DNA of 64,000 nt from Deltaproteobacteria bacterium (GTDB taxonomy: Bacteria; Desulfobacterota; Dissulfuribacteria; Dissulfuribacterales; Dissulfuribacteraceae): positions 874-64,873 of the forward strand of contig WGBU01000011.1 in assembly GCA_015494155.1 (NCBI GenBank). The letters are read 5' to 3'. The translations under genes and the position numbers were made by a program. The notes below the pieces were generated by a model that worked only from the letters and a program-made list of their open reading frames with translations, was not told the DNA's origin and ran no database searches. This document shows positions 1 to 8,788 of the stretch, piece by piece. Each line of letters begins with the position of its first letter. Positions within the stretch are counted from its first letter, which is position 1.

Positions 1-359
1 TCGAGAATGTCGTCTAGCCTGGACTGGGCACCCCGTTCATCGCGAAGCCTCTGGAAGAATAGAAGTGGGTCCTTAATGCGCCACCTGGCATATGTGTCTA
101 CCCATATAAAGCGTTTGTCTTTGGTGGGCACTTGGCTGGGTTCACCATCCCAGGCGAGGAATCGCTTCTCAAAGTAGTTGGCCTGCTGGATAAATGGGAC
201 CTTCAAGTGTAGTCCAGGTTCAGTGATGGGGGCACCCACAGGCTTTCCAAACTGGGTGATGACCACTTGCTCAGTCTCGTTTACAGTGTAAAAGGGCCCA
301 CCAATGAGCGAGATCGCCCCTATGATCACTATCAACAGTAGGATACTGAAGGCCTTCAT
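1..359 (-). CDS. hflC: HflC-like SPFH/band-7 protein, 5' part only (gene runs off the window start)
   Basis: Not in the ORF track because there is no stop in the window. The reverse strand from ATG 359 gives MKAFSILLLIVIIGAISLIGGPFYTVNETEQVVITQFGKPVGAPITEPGLHLKVPFIQQANYFEKRFLAWDGEP..., a TM anchor plus the SPFH start. The ATG overlaps the TAA of upstream hflK (TAATG). Confidence 0.8.
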   Translation of the reverse strand, partial: MKAFSILLLIVIIGAISLIGGPFYTVNETEQVVITQFGKPVGAPITEPGLHLKVPFIQQANYFEKRFLAWDGEPSQVPTKDKRFIWVDTYARWRIKDPLLFFQRLRDERGAQSRLDDIL

Positions 360-1348
360 TACTTGCCCCCCTTTTCGTCGTCGAGATTCAATAGGGGGAG
401 TATCCCCTTTATCTCGTGGTCTACGATGTACTTTTTCTTTAGCTTTGGATAGATGGTATCCATTGTCTCTAGGTACAGCCTCGTTTTCGTGATTTCAGGG
501 GCCTTTTCATATGCCTTCAACAGTGCCTCAAACCACAGGGTATCTCCCTTTGCCCTGTTTATGCGTTCAATGGCATAGCCTTCTGCCTGCTGGATGGTCT
601 TTTGGGCCTCACCCTTGGCCCTGGGAATGATACGGTTGTATTCTGCCATGGCCTGGTTTATGAGCTTTTCCTTTTCCTGTTGGGCCTGGTTCACTTCGTT
701 GAACGATGGCTTTACAGGGTCGGGTGGAGTGACGTTCTGTAGCACAATCTGGTCTATGGCGATCCCGGTCTCGTACTGGTTACAGAGCCTCTGAAGCTTG
801 CTCTTCACCTCCTCTGCCACACCCTGACGGCCTGTGGTGAGCACCTCATTCACAGTCCTATTGCCCACTACTTGGCGCATAACCGCCTCGTTCATGTCGC
901 GGAACGTACTCCTCATGTCCCTCACTTTGAAGAGAAATTTGTAAGGGTCCTTGATGCGGTACTGGGTGCTCCACTCCACTACCACGACGTTTAGGTCTCC
1001 TGTCAACATGAGGGACTCTGCACTGTAGTCACGTGTCTTATAAATGGTGCGCACGCCTGGCTTCTGGGTCCTGAAACCAAACTCCTCTTTCAATTGTCTC
1101 TGAACAGGGACTTTGATTACGCTTTCAATGGGAAATGGGAGCTTGAAGTTAAGACCAGGGGGGGCCTCTCTTACAAATTTTCCGAATCGCAATACCACCC
1201 CCACCTCTTCAGGTTCCACAGTGAACCATGAGTTCCACAGGAGGCTAGCCACTATGATGGCGCCAAAAAACAGCAGAAGATTTCTCCCAGCATTTCGAGG
1301 TGGTGTCAGCCTGATTAGGTTGGATGGGTCTGGGATGTGTTCTGGCAT
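359..1348 (-). CDS. hflK: HflK-like SPFH/band-7 modulator of FtsH
   Basis: 329-aa ORF with an N-terminal TM and an SPFH core (VVLRFGKF, LTGDLNVVVVEW). It has a C-terminal helical QQEKEKLINQAMAEYNRIIPRAKGEA region and is followed directly by hflC. Confidence 0.85.
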   Translation of the reverse strand: MPEHIPDPSNLIRLTPPRNAGRNLLLFFGAIIVASLLWNSWFTVEPEEVGVVLRFGKFVREAPPGLNFKLPFPIESVIKVPVQRQLKEEFGFRTQKPGVRTIYKTRDYSAESLMLTGDLNVVVVEWSTQYRIKDPYKFLFKVRDMRSTFRDMNEAVMRQVVGNRTVNEVLTTGRQGVAEEVKSKLQRLCNQYETGIAIDQIVLQNVTPPDPVKPSFNEVNQAQQEKEKLINQAMAEYNRIIPRAKGEAQKTIQQAEGYAIERINRAKGDTLWFEALLKAYEKAPEITKTRLYLETMDTIYPKLKKKYIVDHEIKGILPLLNLDDEKGGK

Positions 1349-1398
1349 GGATCGCCTCCTCTAATTAGTGGCCCATAAGGATACATGAAGTGCGATCC

Positions 1399-2034
1399 TT
1401 ATACAAGGTGTCTCAGCCTGCCCCTAGCCTTTTTCTTTAAGACATCATGAAACCCCCATTTTATCAAGAGTTGCTCTTCTAAGGCCTTTGGTATCTGTTT
1501 CACCGAGTAAAGCCCCTTTTCTTTCCTCTGCCTCTCTGCCTCATAGAGTATGAGTGCCGTTGCCACAGAGACATTCAGGCTCTGGACCATTCCGTGCATG
1601 GGGATCTTGGCAATCACGTCTGCCTGGTCCATCACCTCTTGTGTAACGCCCTCTAGCTCGTTGCCCATGACAATGAGCACTTTGTCCGTATAGTCTATCG
1701 CTCTAAAATCTACAGATTCACTAGACAGTGCAGTTACTACAATTTTGTAGCCCAATCGCTTCATCTCCTTCAAAAAGGTGGATTTGTCCTGGACCCTCTC
1801 CAACATCACCCACTTGTGGGCACCGCACGTGATGGAGTCGTTTATGGGGAGTCTCCCCTCTGATGTATAATAGACGTATAGTACACCTGTGGCATCTGCA
1901 GTGCGTATAATCGCACTTATATTGTGATAATTCTTTATATCTTCAAGAAACAACCTTAGGTCCATCTGCCTCTTTGAAAGGCATTCTTTGAGTCTTGAGA
2001 GCCGCTTTTCCTGTATGAGGAGTGGATCTTTCAT
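1399..2034 (-). CDS. SpoU/TrmH-family RNA 2'-O-methyltransferase
   Basis: 211 aa with SPOUT motifs: VMGNELEGV and IPMHGMVQSLNVSVATALILYE. Confidence 0.8.
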   Translation of the reverse strand: MKDPLLIQEKRLSRLKECLSKRQMDLRLFLEDIKNYHNISAIIRTADATGVLYVYYTSEGRLPINDSITCGAHKWVMLERVQDKSTFLKEMKRLGYKIVVTALSSESVDFRAIDYTDKVLIVMGNELEGVTQEVMDQADVIAKIPMHGMVQSLNVSVATALILYEAERQRKEKGLYSVKQIPKALEEQLLIKWGFHDVLKKKARGRLRHLV

Positions 2035-2125
2035 GAAAATTTTTATTGTCCTAATGTATTTATGCCTAAATTCCGAATAAGCACTTTGAGGGCTTCTAAT
2101 TTAATAGAAAGTGGAGGGTTAGAAA

Positions 2126-4552
2126 ATGAATTTCTTTAGGCGATTTTACTCTTTTAAAATGGCCATCCCAGGGATAGTCGGTGTCATGTTTTTAGGTAAT
2201 CTCTTGGCAATAATCACTGGAATCTTTCTAGACCACCACTTGAACCGCCTTTTTGGCACAGAAAGGAGGCTCTTACGGGAACTAGACCTGGTAGAGAGGA
2301 CTCGCTCCATAATTTCATCGGACCCCATTGGTACGGGAGAGATAGAAGGGCTCAGAGGTCTTATTCGAGGTTTCGATGATGGAGATCTGCTTAAGGCCAA
2401 TGGTTCTGTAGAAATCGATCAATTTTTAAAGAAACGGGCCAGTTTCTTGGATAAACTACGGGGATTATTGATGCGCTTAGAAGCTACGCCAAGTGATGGG
2501 GTAGGGCATGTGCAAAATGGTGTCAGTGATTTTCTAAGACAAATCATCCCTACCTTTAAACGCTCTCTTGAAGGGGCTATCAAAAGGGTCGAACGTGATA
2601 TTGAGGGCACAAGGTCTTATTATAAGAAATTATGGGCAGTTCTTTTGGCTGGTGGGATACTATTTATCATCTTCGTGGTATTTTTTAATCAGCGCTATGT
2701 AATCCATCCCCTTTCGTCTGTTATGAGTGCATTGAATGACGCCTCTAAAGGGATCTTTAGAACGGTACTCATCCCCCACGGCCTTAAAGAGGTCAAGGGT
2801 ATCATGACCCTCTACAATATATTTTCAAGCATGATGATGAACATATTCACCACCCTTCGGTCCCAGGAGGATATGATAGATCATGTGAGAGATGCGATTT
2901 CACATTCAGTAAAAAATATAGAGGACTTTAATGAGAAACTGGGTGGGGTTGCCAGTGGCCTTAGTGAGACCTCAGGCCATTCAAGTTTGAGTATAGAGGC
3001 AGTGAACAAGGCCATGCAGGATCTCTCCATAGCTGCCTCGGAGATAGCACATAATGTTCAAAAGGCAGCCGAAAGCGCCAATGGTGCCATGGAGTTGGGA
3101 ACTATGGCCTCGTCTGCCATTGAACGTCTCAATCAGAGCTCTGAAAGGATAGGGGACGTGATAAAGGTGATCAGCACCATTGCAGAGCAGACAAATCTTT
3201 TGGCACTTAACGCCACCATTGAGGCAGCAAGGGCAGGGGAGGCAGGCAAGGGATTTGCCGTAGTAGCCAATGAAGTGAAGGAGCTTGCAAAACAGACTGC
3301 CCAGGCCACCGAGGAGATCACCCAGATGGTAAAGACCATCCAAGGAGATACCCAAGGGGCAGTGGAGTCTGTGAATCAGATGACCCAATCTGTAGAACAG
3401 GTCACAGACCTGGCCAATACCATAGCCAGTGCCACAGAAGAACAGACTGCCACTATATCGGAGATAACAGGAAACGTAGAGCAGGTGAGCAACCTAGTCG
3501 GTGGTCTTGAAACCCAGGCAACAGGCCTAAAAGAGGAGATGGAAAGGCTAGAAGATATGAACCGCGACCTAGTAGTATGTGCAAAGGGTATGGACATGGT
3601 CAAGGAAGAGGCATCTAATCTCAATGCACAGATCATGGTGGACTCAGGCCTCACTCATGAGCTTATGGCGTTGATACCAGAAGAGCAAAGGGTGAATACA
3701 GTCCTATTTCAACACCTCCAGTGGCGTGAGAAGGTGGTGGGTGCCATTATCTCAAGGGTGCCTCCAGAGGTCGAGACAGATCCAACGCGTTGTGGGCTAG
3801 GGAGATTTCTCAAGTCCTACTCTCCCACTGAACATACAATAAAACAGATATTGGATCGTCTGATACCAGTGCACGAGACAATGCACCGCAGGGTAGTGGA
3901 GATACAGGACATGACAGTGAGGGGTGAAAGGCGTCAGACCATATTGAACTATTTCATAGAGAATGTTGAACCCCACTTCAATGAGGTCATCCTCCTCTTA
4001 AACAAGTGGAGTTCATTCTTAAGGGGACAGGGTAGCGATCTTGGGCTGGAAAATCCCAATGATAAGGTGAGAATGGCCGGAAATGTGGTTACACCACAAC
4101 AAACTAGCGGGAGCCCTCGATTAAAAAACAATGAAATCGCCCAGAGGAATTTCATTAAATGGGGACCAAATTTTTCAGTGGGTATAAGAGAGATAGATGA
4201 ACAGCACGAAAAACTCGTCTCAATGGTTAATCAGCTCTACGCAGCTTATCAAATGGGAAAAGACAGAGATGTGGCCTCAAAGCTACTGGATGAACTCATA
4301 AATTATACCATCTATCACTTTAATACAGAAGAAAGATATTTTGATCAGTTTGGCTATCCAGAGGCAGATTCACACAAGCGGATCCACGAAGAGCTTGCAA
4401 AGAAGGTACTCCGATTTAAAGATCGACTCGATAGAGGCGAGACAGGGGTTGCAAGGGAACTCCTCAATTTTTTGAAGGATTGGCTGTCCAATCACATTTG
4501 TATTACAGACAGGCGGTACTCCAGTTTTTTCCACGAGAAAGGATTAAAATAA
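2126..4552 (+). CDS. Methyl-accepting chemotaxis protein with cytoplasmic CZB (zinc-binding) and C-terminal hemerythrin domains
   Basis: 808 aa. Two TM segments flank a ~135-aa periplasmic region. The MCP signalling hairpin reads [37 protein letters not shown], and [10 protein letters not shown] is a canonical methylation site. The CZB signature is HLQW-x22-CGLGRF-x21-HETMH. The hemerythrin ligand pattern is [43 protein letters not shown] lies upstream of the ATG. Confidence 0.85.
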   Translation: MNFFRRFYSFKMAIPGIVGVMFLGNLLAIITGIFLDHHLNRLFGTERRLLRELDLVERTRSIISSDPIGTGEIEGLRGLIRGFDDGDLLKANGSVEIDQFLKKRASFLDKLRGLLMRLEATPSDGVGHVQNGVSDFLRQIIPTFKRSLEGAIKRVERDIEGTRSYYKKLWAVLLAGGILFIIFVVFFNQRYVIHPLSSVMSALNDASKGIFRTVLIPHGLKEVKGIMTLYNIFSSMMMNIFTTLRSQEDMIDHVRDAISHSVKNIEDFNEKLGGVASGLSETSGHSSLSIEAVNKAMQDLSIAASEIAHNVQKAAESANGAMELGTMASSAIERLNQSSERIGDVIKVISTIAEQTNLLALNATIEAARAGEAGKGFAVVANEVKELAKQTAQATEEITQMVKTIQGDTQGAVESVNQMTQSVEQVTDLANTIASATEEQTATISEITGNVEQVSNLVGGLETQATGLKEEMERLEDMNRDLVVCAKGMDMVKEEASNLNAQIMVDSGLTHELMALIPEEQRVNTVLFQHLQWREKVVGAIISRVPPEVETDPTRCGLGRFLKSYSPTEHTIKQILDRLIPVHETMHRRVVEIQDMTVRGERRQTILNYFIENVEPHFNEVILLLNKWSSFLRGQGSDLGLENPNDKVRMAGNVVTPQQTSGSPRLKNNEIAQRNFIKWGPNFSVGIREIDEQHEKLVSMVNQLYAAYQMGKDRDVASKLLDELINYTIYHFNTEERYFDQFGYPEADSHKRIHEELAKKVLRFKDRLDRGETGVARELLNFLKDWLSNHICITDRRYSSFFHEKGLK

Positions 4553-4560
4553 AAATAGTA

Positions 4561-4588
4561 TTGACTTTTAACTAAAAAAGATTATCAT
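4561..4588 (+). promoter_or_regulatory. Sigma-70-like promoter for the rubredoxin gene
   Basis: TTGACT (4561-4566), a 16-nt spacer, then TATCAT (4583-4588), about 25 nt upstream of the ATG at 4613. Sequence-pattern call only. Confidence 0.35.
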
Positions 4589-4612
4589 TCACAAAAAAAG
4601 TGGAGGTTAGCC

Positions 4613-4771
4613 ATGCAGAAGATGGAATGCCCTTGTGGCTACATCTATGACCCAGAGGTAGGAGACCCAGACAATGGCATAGAGCCAGGCACACCTTTTG
4701 AAGACCTGCCAGACGATTGGGTGTGTCCAAAGTGCGGGGCAGAAAAAGAGCACTTTTACCCAGCGGATTAA
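4613..4771 (+). CDS. Rubredoxin (52 aa, below the ORF-track length cut-off)
   Basis: Manual translation gives [52 protein letters not shown]. The signature is rubredoxin along the whole length, SD GTGGAGG lies 6 nt upstream, and a terminator lies downstream. The first knuckle is CxC rather than CxxC (see findings). Confidence 0.85.
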   Translation: MQKMECPCGYIYDPEVGDPDNGIEPGTPFEDLPDDWVCPKCGAEKEHFYPAD

Positions 4772-4790
4772 AGACTAAAAAACAGCCAAC

Positions 4791-4816
4791 GGCCCAGTGA
4801 TTGCTGGGCCTTTTTT
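4791..4816 (+). terminator. Intrinsic terminator after rubredoxin
   Basis: GGCCCAG-tgattg-CTGGGCC hairpin (4791-4810) followed by TTTTTT (4811-4816). It sits between convergent genes. Confidence 0.6.
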
Positions 4817-6023
4817 ATTGGTCATAATCCTTTAATGCAGGTAGTGAAAAATAGAATATAGTGCCGTCCTTGCGATTAGGTAAAGGACTAATTAGGCCAA
4901 TATTGCCCCCATGTGCCTGGATGATCTCTTTACAAAAGGATAGACCAAGCCCCACCCCAAAGAAACAACTCTTTTCTCTGTCTTTGTCGCCTTTTACGAA
5001 TGGATCAAAGATCTGGTCTTTCACCTCTTCTGGGATGGGAACCCCTTTATTTTCCACTGCACATAAAATCTCGCCCCTTTTCACGTCCTTCACCTTTAGT
5101 GGAAGGTCTCTTTCCGGCCTCTGGTAAAAGGCGTGGACAGTTATATTGGAGTCCATGGGCGAGTGTTTAATTGCATTGTCCATGAGATTTGTGAGCACGC
5201 GTCCTATAAGCCTTCGATCTGCTTTAATAATAAGACCTTCTTCCAATAGCCCCTTTTTAATCTCGATACCCTTTCTAGAGGCGCTGCCCTCCTCCAAAAA
5301 AATGGTCTCTTGGACTTGTTCGCCCAGGTCAAAGGCCTCCAGTTCTAGGTGGAGTCGCTTTTCCCTGGCCGCAGTAAGTGCCAGCATGTCTTCAAGGAGC
5401 TCAGATTCCTTTTGAATGGCGTTTTGCACTCTCGATATGATCTCCCTGTGCCTGTCCGTTAGACTATCATCCATAGCGAGGAGTGACAAAAATCCCATGG
5501 CACTGGTTAGCGGTGTCCTGAGGTCGTGGATCAGCATCCTGGTATGCCATTCACGTATCTCAAGTGCCTTTCGCGTCTGACAGCTCTCATGCCTCCACTT
5601 GTCTGTGGCCTGTTTTCTCCCGAGGATGGTCTGGAGTTTACTCGCCAAAAGCGTAGGGGTAACAGGCCGGCTTATATAGTCGTCTGCACCATATTGTAGG
5701 CCTTCTATGGCATGTTCATCATCCATGAGCTGGGCTGTCATGAGGACTACAGGTATGTCACAGGTCTTTTCATTTCCTTTTATCTGTTTACACAGTTCGA
5801 AACCGGTCATACCAGGCATCATCACGTCTGACAGCACTAGGTCTATGTCTCCAAGTTGGCTCTCGAGGATCTTTAGGGCCTCAATGCCACTCGTAGTGGA
5901 AATGACCCTGTAGCCCTCTCTTTTGAGGATTTCAGAAAAGACAAAAAGATTGTCCTCGAGGTCATCCACTAACAAAATTGTTGCCCTAACGGATTTTTCT
6001 CTCTCTGGCGTTGGCCTATTCAT
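4815..6023 (-). CDS. Receiver-histidine kinase (REC-HisKA-HATPase)
   Basis: 402 aa. The N-terminal REC reads ILLVDDLEDN..LVLSDVMMPGMTG. The H-box is IHDLRTPLTS, with N/G boxes LMDNAIKHS and GVGLGLSFCKEI. Confidence 0.85.
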   Translation of the reverse strand: MNRPTPEREKSVRATILLVDDLEDNLFVFSEILKREGYRVISTTSGIEALKILESQLGDIDLVLSDVMMPGMTGFELCKQIKGNEKTCDIPVVLMTAQLMDDEHAIEGLQYGADDYISRPVTPTLLASKLQTILGRKQATDKWRHESCQTRKALEIREWHTRMLIHDLRTPLTSAMGFLSLLAMDDSLTDRHREIISRVQNAIQKESELLEDMLALTAAREKRLHLELEAFDLGEQVQETIFLEEGSASRKGIEIKKGLLEEGLIIKADRRLIGRVLTNLMDNAIKHSPMDSNITVHAFYQRPERDLPLKVKDVKRGEILCAVENKGVPIPEEVKDQIFDPFVKGDKDREKSCFFGVGLGLSFCKEIIQAHGGNIGLISPLPNRKDGTIFYFSLPALKDYDQ

Positions 6024-6053
6024 GGTCCTCTGTCCCCTATCTAGCCGTGTGTA

Positions 6054-8783
6054 TCAAAGCCATTTTTCGAGAATAGAGAATAAGTCATTAGTATCAAAAG
6101 GTTTAGAGATATAATCATCCAGACCTGAATTTAGAATGAACTCCCTGTCGCCCTTCATGGCCTTTGCAGTAAGGGCGATTATTGGTGGAGGGCTACTACT
6201 TTTTATTCTTATCTCTCGAGTTGCACTTATACCGTCCATCTCTGGCATCTGTATATCCATGAGTATGAGGTCAGGCCGCTCCTTTAATGCGAGTTCCACT
6301 GCCTCTTTTCCATTGGAAGCATGAATGATCTCGAAACCCCTGGGTCTCAACATCTCATTCAATAGAAAGAAGTTGTCTGGATTGTCTTCTGCCACCAATA
6401 TTTTGGGCCTCCTTTCTCCCTCATCCGTAGCATCTCCTTTTCCACCAGCCTCTCTTTTGGCCCTGTCCATGATCTCCTTGGGGAGTAGTAGGGCATTTAT
6501 CTGGTTTTTAAGGTCCTCTTGTCTGATGTTTCCCTTCTGTAAGATGGACTTCACATTGGGGGGAAAGAGTCGCTTTGTATCGCTGTCCACATCTAGGCTA
6601 CTCAATACCAAGACTGGGATGTCCCTGGTGGCGTCGTCTCTCGTCATCTCTCGTAAAAATGCAAAACCATCCATTACTGGCATCTTGAGGTCGAGCAACA
6701 CGATGTCGGGCAATTGCTCCCTGAGTACCTTGAGTCCTACCAATGGGTTGCTACAATAGAGTACCTCAAAACCGGCCTGTTTTAGTGCTGTGCTGACCTC
6801 TTTTCCAACCAGTAGGTCATCATCTACCAAAAGGACCCTCTTTGAACTCTGGCGGTCATCCACCTCCTTAGGGGCGTCTTCGCCTGGAGAGGCGCTTTCT
6901 TGTGGGTAGAGAAGTGTATTTTTTAGCCTCTTTTTCCATTCCTCATCGGGCATCCTGTATTTGCTCCTGCGGTCCACAGGGATCAGGACCTTGAATGTGG
7001 TCCCCTTGCCTACCTCACTCTCTACACTAATCTCCCCTCCCAAAAGGGTGGAGAGCTTCTTGCATATGCTTAGTCCAAGGCCAGTACCTCCATATTTTCG
7101 GGTATATGACCCATCAACCTGTCTAAAGGGCTCGAAGATGAACTCTAGGGCATCCTCTGGTATCCCAATACCCGTGTCTGAGACGGTAAACCTGATAAAG
7201 TCCCTATCCTTTCCCTCTACTCCGTCTACTTTCAGTAGGACCATCCCAGATTCAGTGAACTTTATGGCGTTCCCTAGGAGATTGACCAGGATTTGGCGCA
7301 CCTTTTTTGAGTCTGAATAGATGGTCTTTGGGGCATGGTCTATGTCGCACTTGAATTCGAGGCCCTTTGACTCTGCGAGGGGAAGCATCGCCTTACATAC
7401 ACCTGTGACAAAGTCTGGCACATATATAATGTCGTAGTGAAGCTCTTCCCGCCCAGATTCGATACGTGTGAGATCGAGTATGTCGTTTATGAGGTCCAGC
7501 AGATTTTGTCCGTTTCTCAATACTATGTCCAGATACTCCTGTTGCCTTGGTGAGAGTGGGTGCTCTTGGTCCTCTTTGAGTAGCCGTACGAGGCCCAGTA
7601 TGGAATTAAGTGGGGTGCGGAGTTCGTGGCTCATATTAGACAGGAATACAGACTTCATCCTGTTGGCCTCTTCAGCCTCGATACTCTTTTGTTCAAGGGC
7701 GTCCTTCTGCGCAGCTAGCTCCTCTGCCTGTGCCTGTATCTCCTCTGTCTGGGCCATTAATTCTTCGCTCTGTGCCTGGAGTTCCTCGTTTTGTGCCTGG
7801 AGCCTTTCATTCTTTTCCTGCAGTTCCTGTTGAAGTCCCTTGAGCCGCTCTATGAAAAATGCATTCTGGATGGCCACTGCCAGTTGTCCGCAAAGTCCCT
7901 TGAAGAAAGGGCCATAGGGTTTTAGCGATTGAAGAGAAGAGAGTTCCAACATGCCAAGGCGATTTTCCTTTATAGTAAAGGGGAGGAAAACGAGGTGGAG
8001 GCGTTTGGCTTCGAAGAGGCCTGATTTCAACTTCATATAGTCAGGTGGTACATCCTCCAAGAAATAGGCCTCTTTTCTCTTGAAGACCTCACCGAAGAGC
8101 CCTTCTTTGCACCCTATAGGGGGTGGCGTGTGTGTTAGACCAATACCGTGGACACCTACTAGGGTCTCTCCATCGTCATGGCTCACCACATAAAAGGCAC
8201 CAGAGAGAATTGGTAGAAACTCTACAAGGGCTTCCAGTACGCGTTGCGCCATGGCCTCGATCTCCACCTCTTCATTCAAGATCTTGGAGATCTCATATCC
8301 AAGTTCCAACTCCTTTAGACGATGCTCTAACTCCCTGTTTTTCTTCTCAAGGCTCTTGGAGAAGGCCATGAGGTCGCTCTGATCTGTAATGGCCTCGATG
8401 ATCCCAATAATCTCACCCTTTTCATTAAAAAAAGGTGTCGCCCTGCATGTGGCTGGAAACGAAGTACCGTTCCACAATATGCATTCAAAGTGCTGTACCA
8501 CCTCCCTTTCACCATTGAGGATGAGCCTTACAGGGCATTCGTCTGTATTGCAGAGGGTATCGCTCCTGGCGATCTCATAGCAGCGTTTACCAATGATCTG
8601 TGGATCCAACACCTGGCACAACGAATTCATGGCCGGGTTGTGGGCGAGGATTGAAAAGTCTGTACCTACAATCCTTATGGGAGTAAGACCCTGGTGGTAC
8701 AACTGATAAACCGCCTCGTAGGTCAATATCCCATCGTCATCATATATGGAAATCGTGGGATTTTTGCGAGGAATGGGTATCAT
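6054..8783 (-). CDS. Hybrid sensor histidine kinase (Cys-rich PAS, GAF, Gln/Glu-rich coiled coil, HisKA, HATPase, two REC domains)
   Basis: 909 aa. The H-box is MSHELRTPLNS, with ATPase boxes LLGNAIKFT, DTGIGIP and GGTGLGLSICKKL. REC1 reads VLLVDDDLL..LLDLKMPVMDG and REC2 reads ILVAEDNPDN..LMDIQMPEMDG. Confidence 0.85.
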   Translation of the reverse strand: MIPIPRKNPTISIYDDDGILTYEAVYQLYHQGLTPIRIVGTDFSILAHNPAMNSLCQVLDPQIIGKRCYEIARSDTLCNTDECPVRLILNGEREVVQHFECILWNGTSFPATCRATPFFNEKGEIIGIIEAITDQSDLMAFSKSLEKKNRELEHRLKELELGYEISKILNEEVEIEAMAQRVLEALVEFLPILSGAFYVVSHDDGETLVGVHGIGLTHTPPPIGCKEGLFGEVFKRKEAYFLEDVPPDYMKLKSGLFEAKRLHLVFLPFTIKENRLGMLELSSLQSLKPYGPFFKGLCGQLAVAIQNAFFIERLKGLQQELQEKNERLQAQNEELQAQSEELMAQTEEIQAQAEELAAQKDALEQKSIEAEEANRMKSVFLSNMSHELRTPLNSILGLVRLLKEDQEHPLSPRQQEYLDIVLRNGQNLLDLINDILDLTRIESGREELHYDIIYVPDFVTGVCKAMLPLAESKGLEFKCDIDHAPKTIYSDSKKVRQILVNLLGNAIKFTESGMVLLKVDGVEGKDRDFIRFTVSDTGIGIPEDALEFIFEPFRQVDGSYTRKYGGTGLGLSICKKLSTLLGGEISVESEVGKGTTFKVLIPVDRRSKYRMPDEEWKKRLKNTLLYPQESASPGEDAPKEVDDRQSSKRVLLVDDDLLVGKEVSTALKQAGFEVLYCSNPLVGLKVLREQLPDIVLLDLKMPVMDGFAFLREMTRDDATRDIPVLVLSSLDVDSDTKRLFPPNVKSILQKGNIRQEDLKNQINALLLPKEIMDRAKREAGGKGDATDEGERRPKILVAEDNPDNFFLLNEMLRPRGFEIIHASNGKEAVELALKERPDLILMDIQMPEMDGISATREIRIKSSSPPPIIALTAKAMKGDREFILNSGLDDYISKPFDTNDLFSILEKWL

Positions 8784-8788
8784 GGACT

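Noticed and set aside
4580-4600. Rex operator (TTGTGAA-N4-TTCACAA type) near the rubredoxin promoter. The same was considered for 39655-39675 upstream of rex and 32195-32210.
   Set aside because: Only isolated half-sites (TTCACAA at 4588-4594, TTGTGA at 39657-39662, TTCACAA near 32204) are present, without the partner half at the correct spacing.
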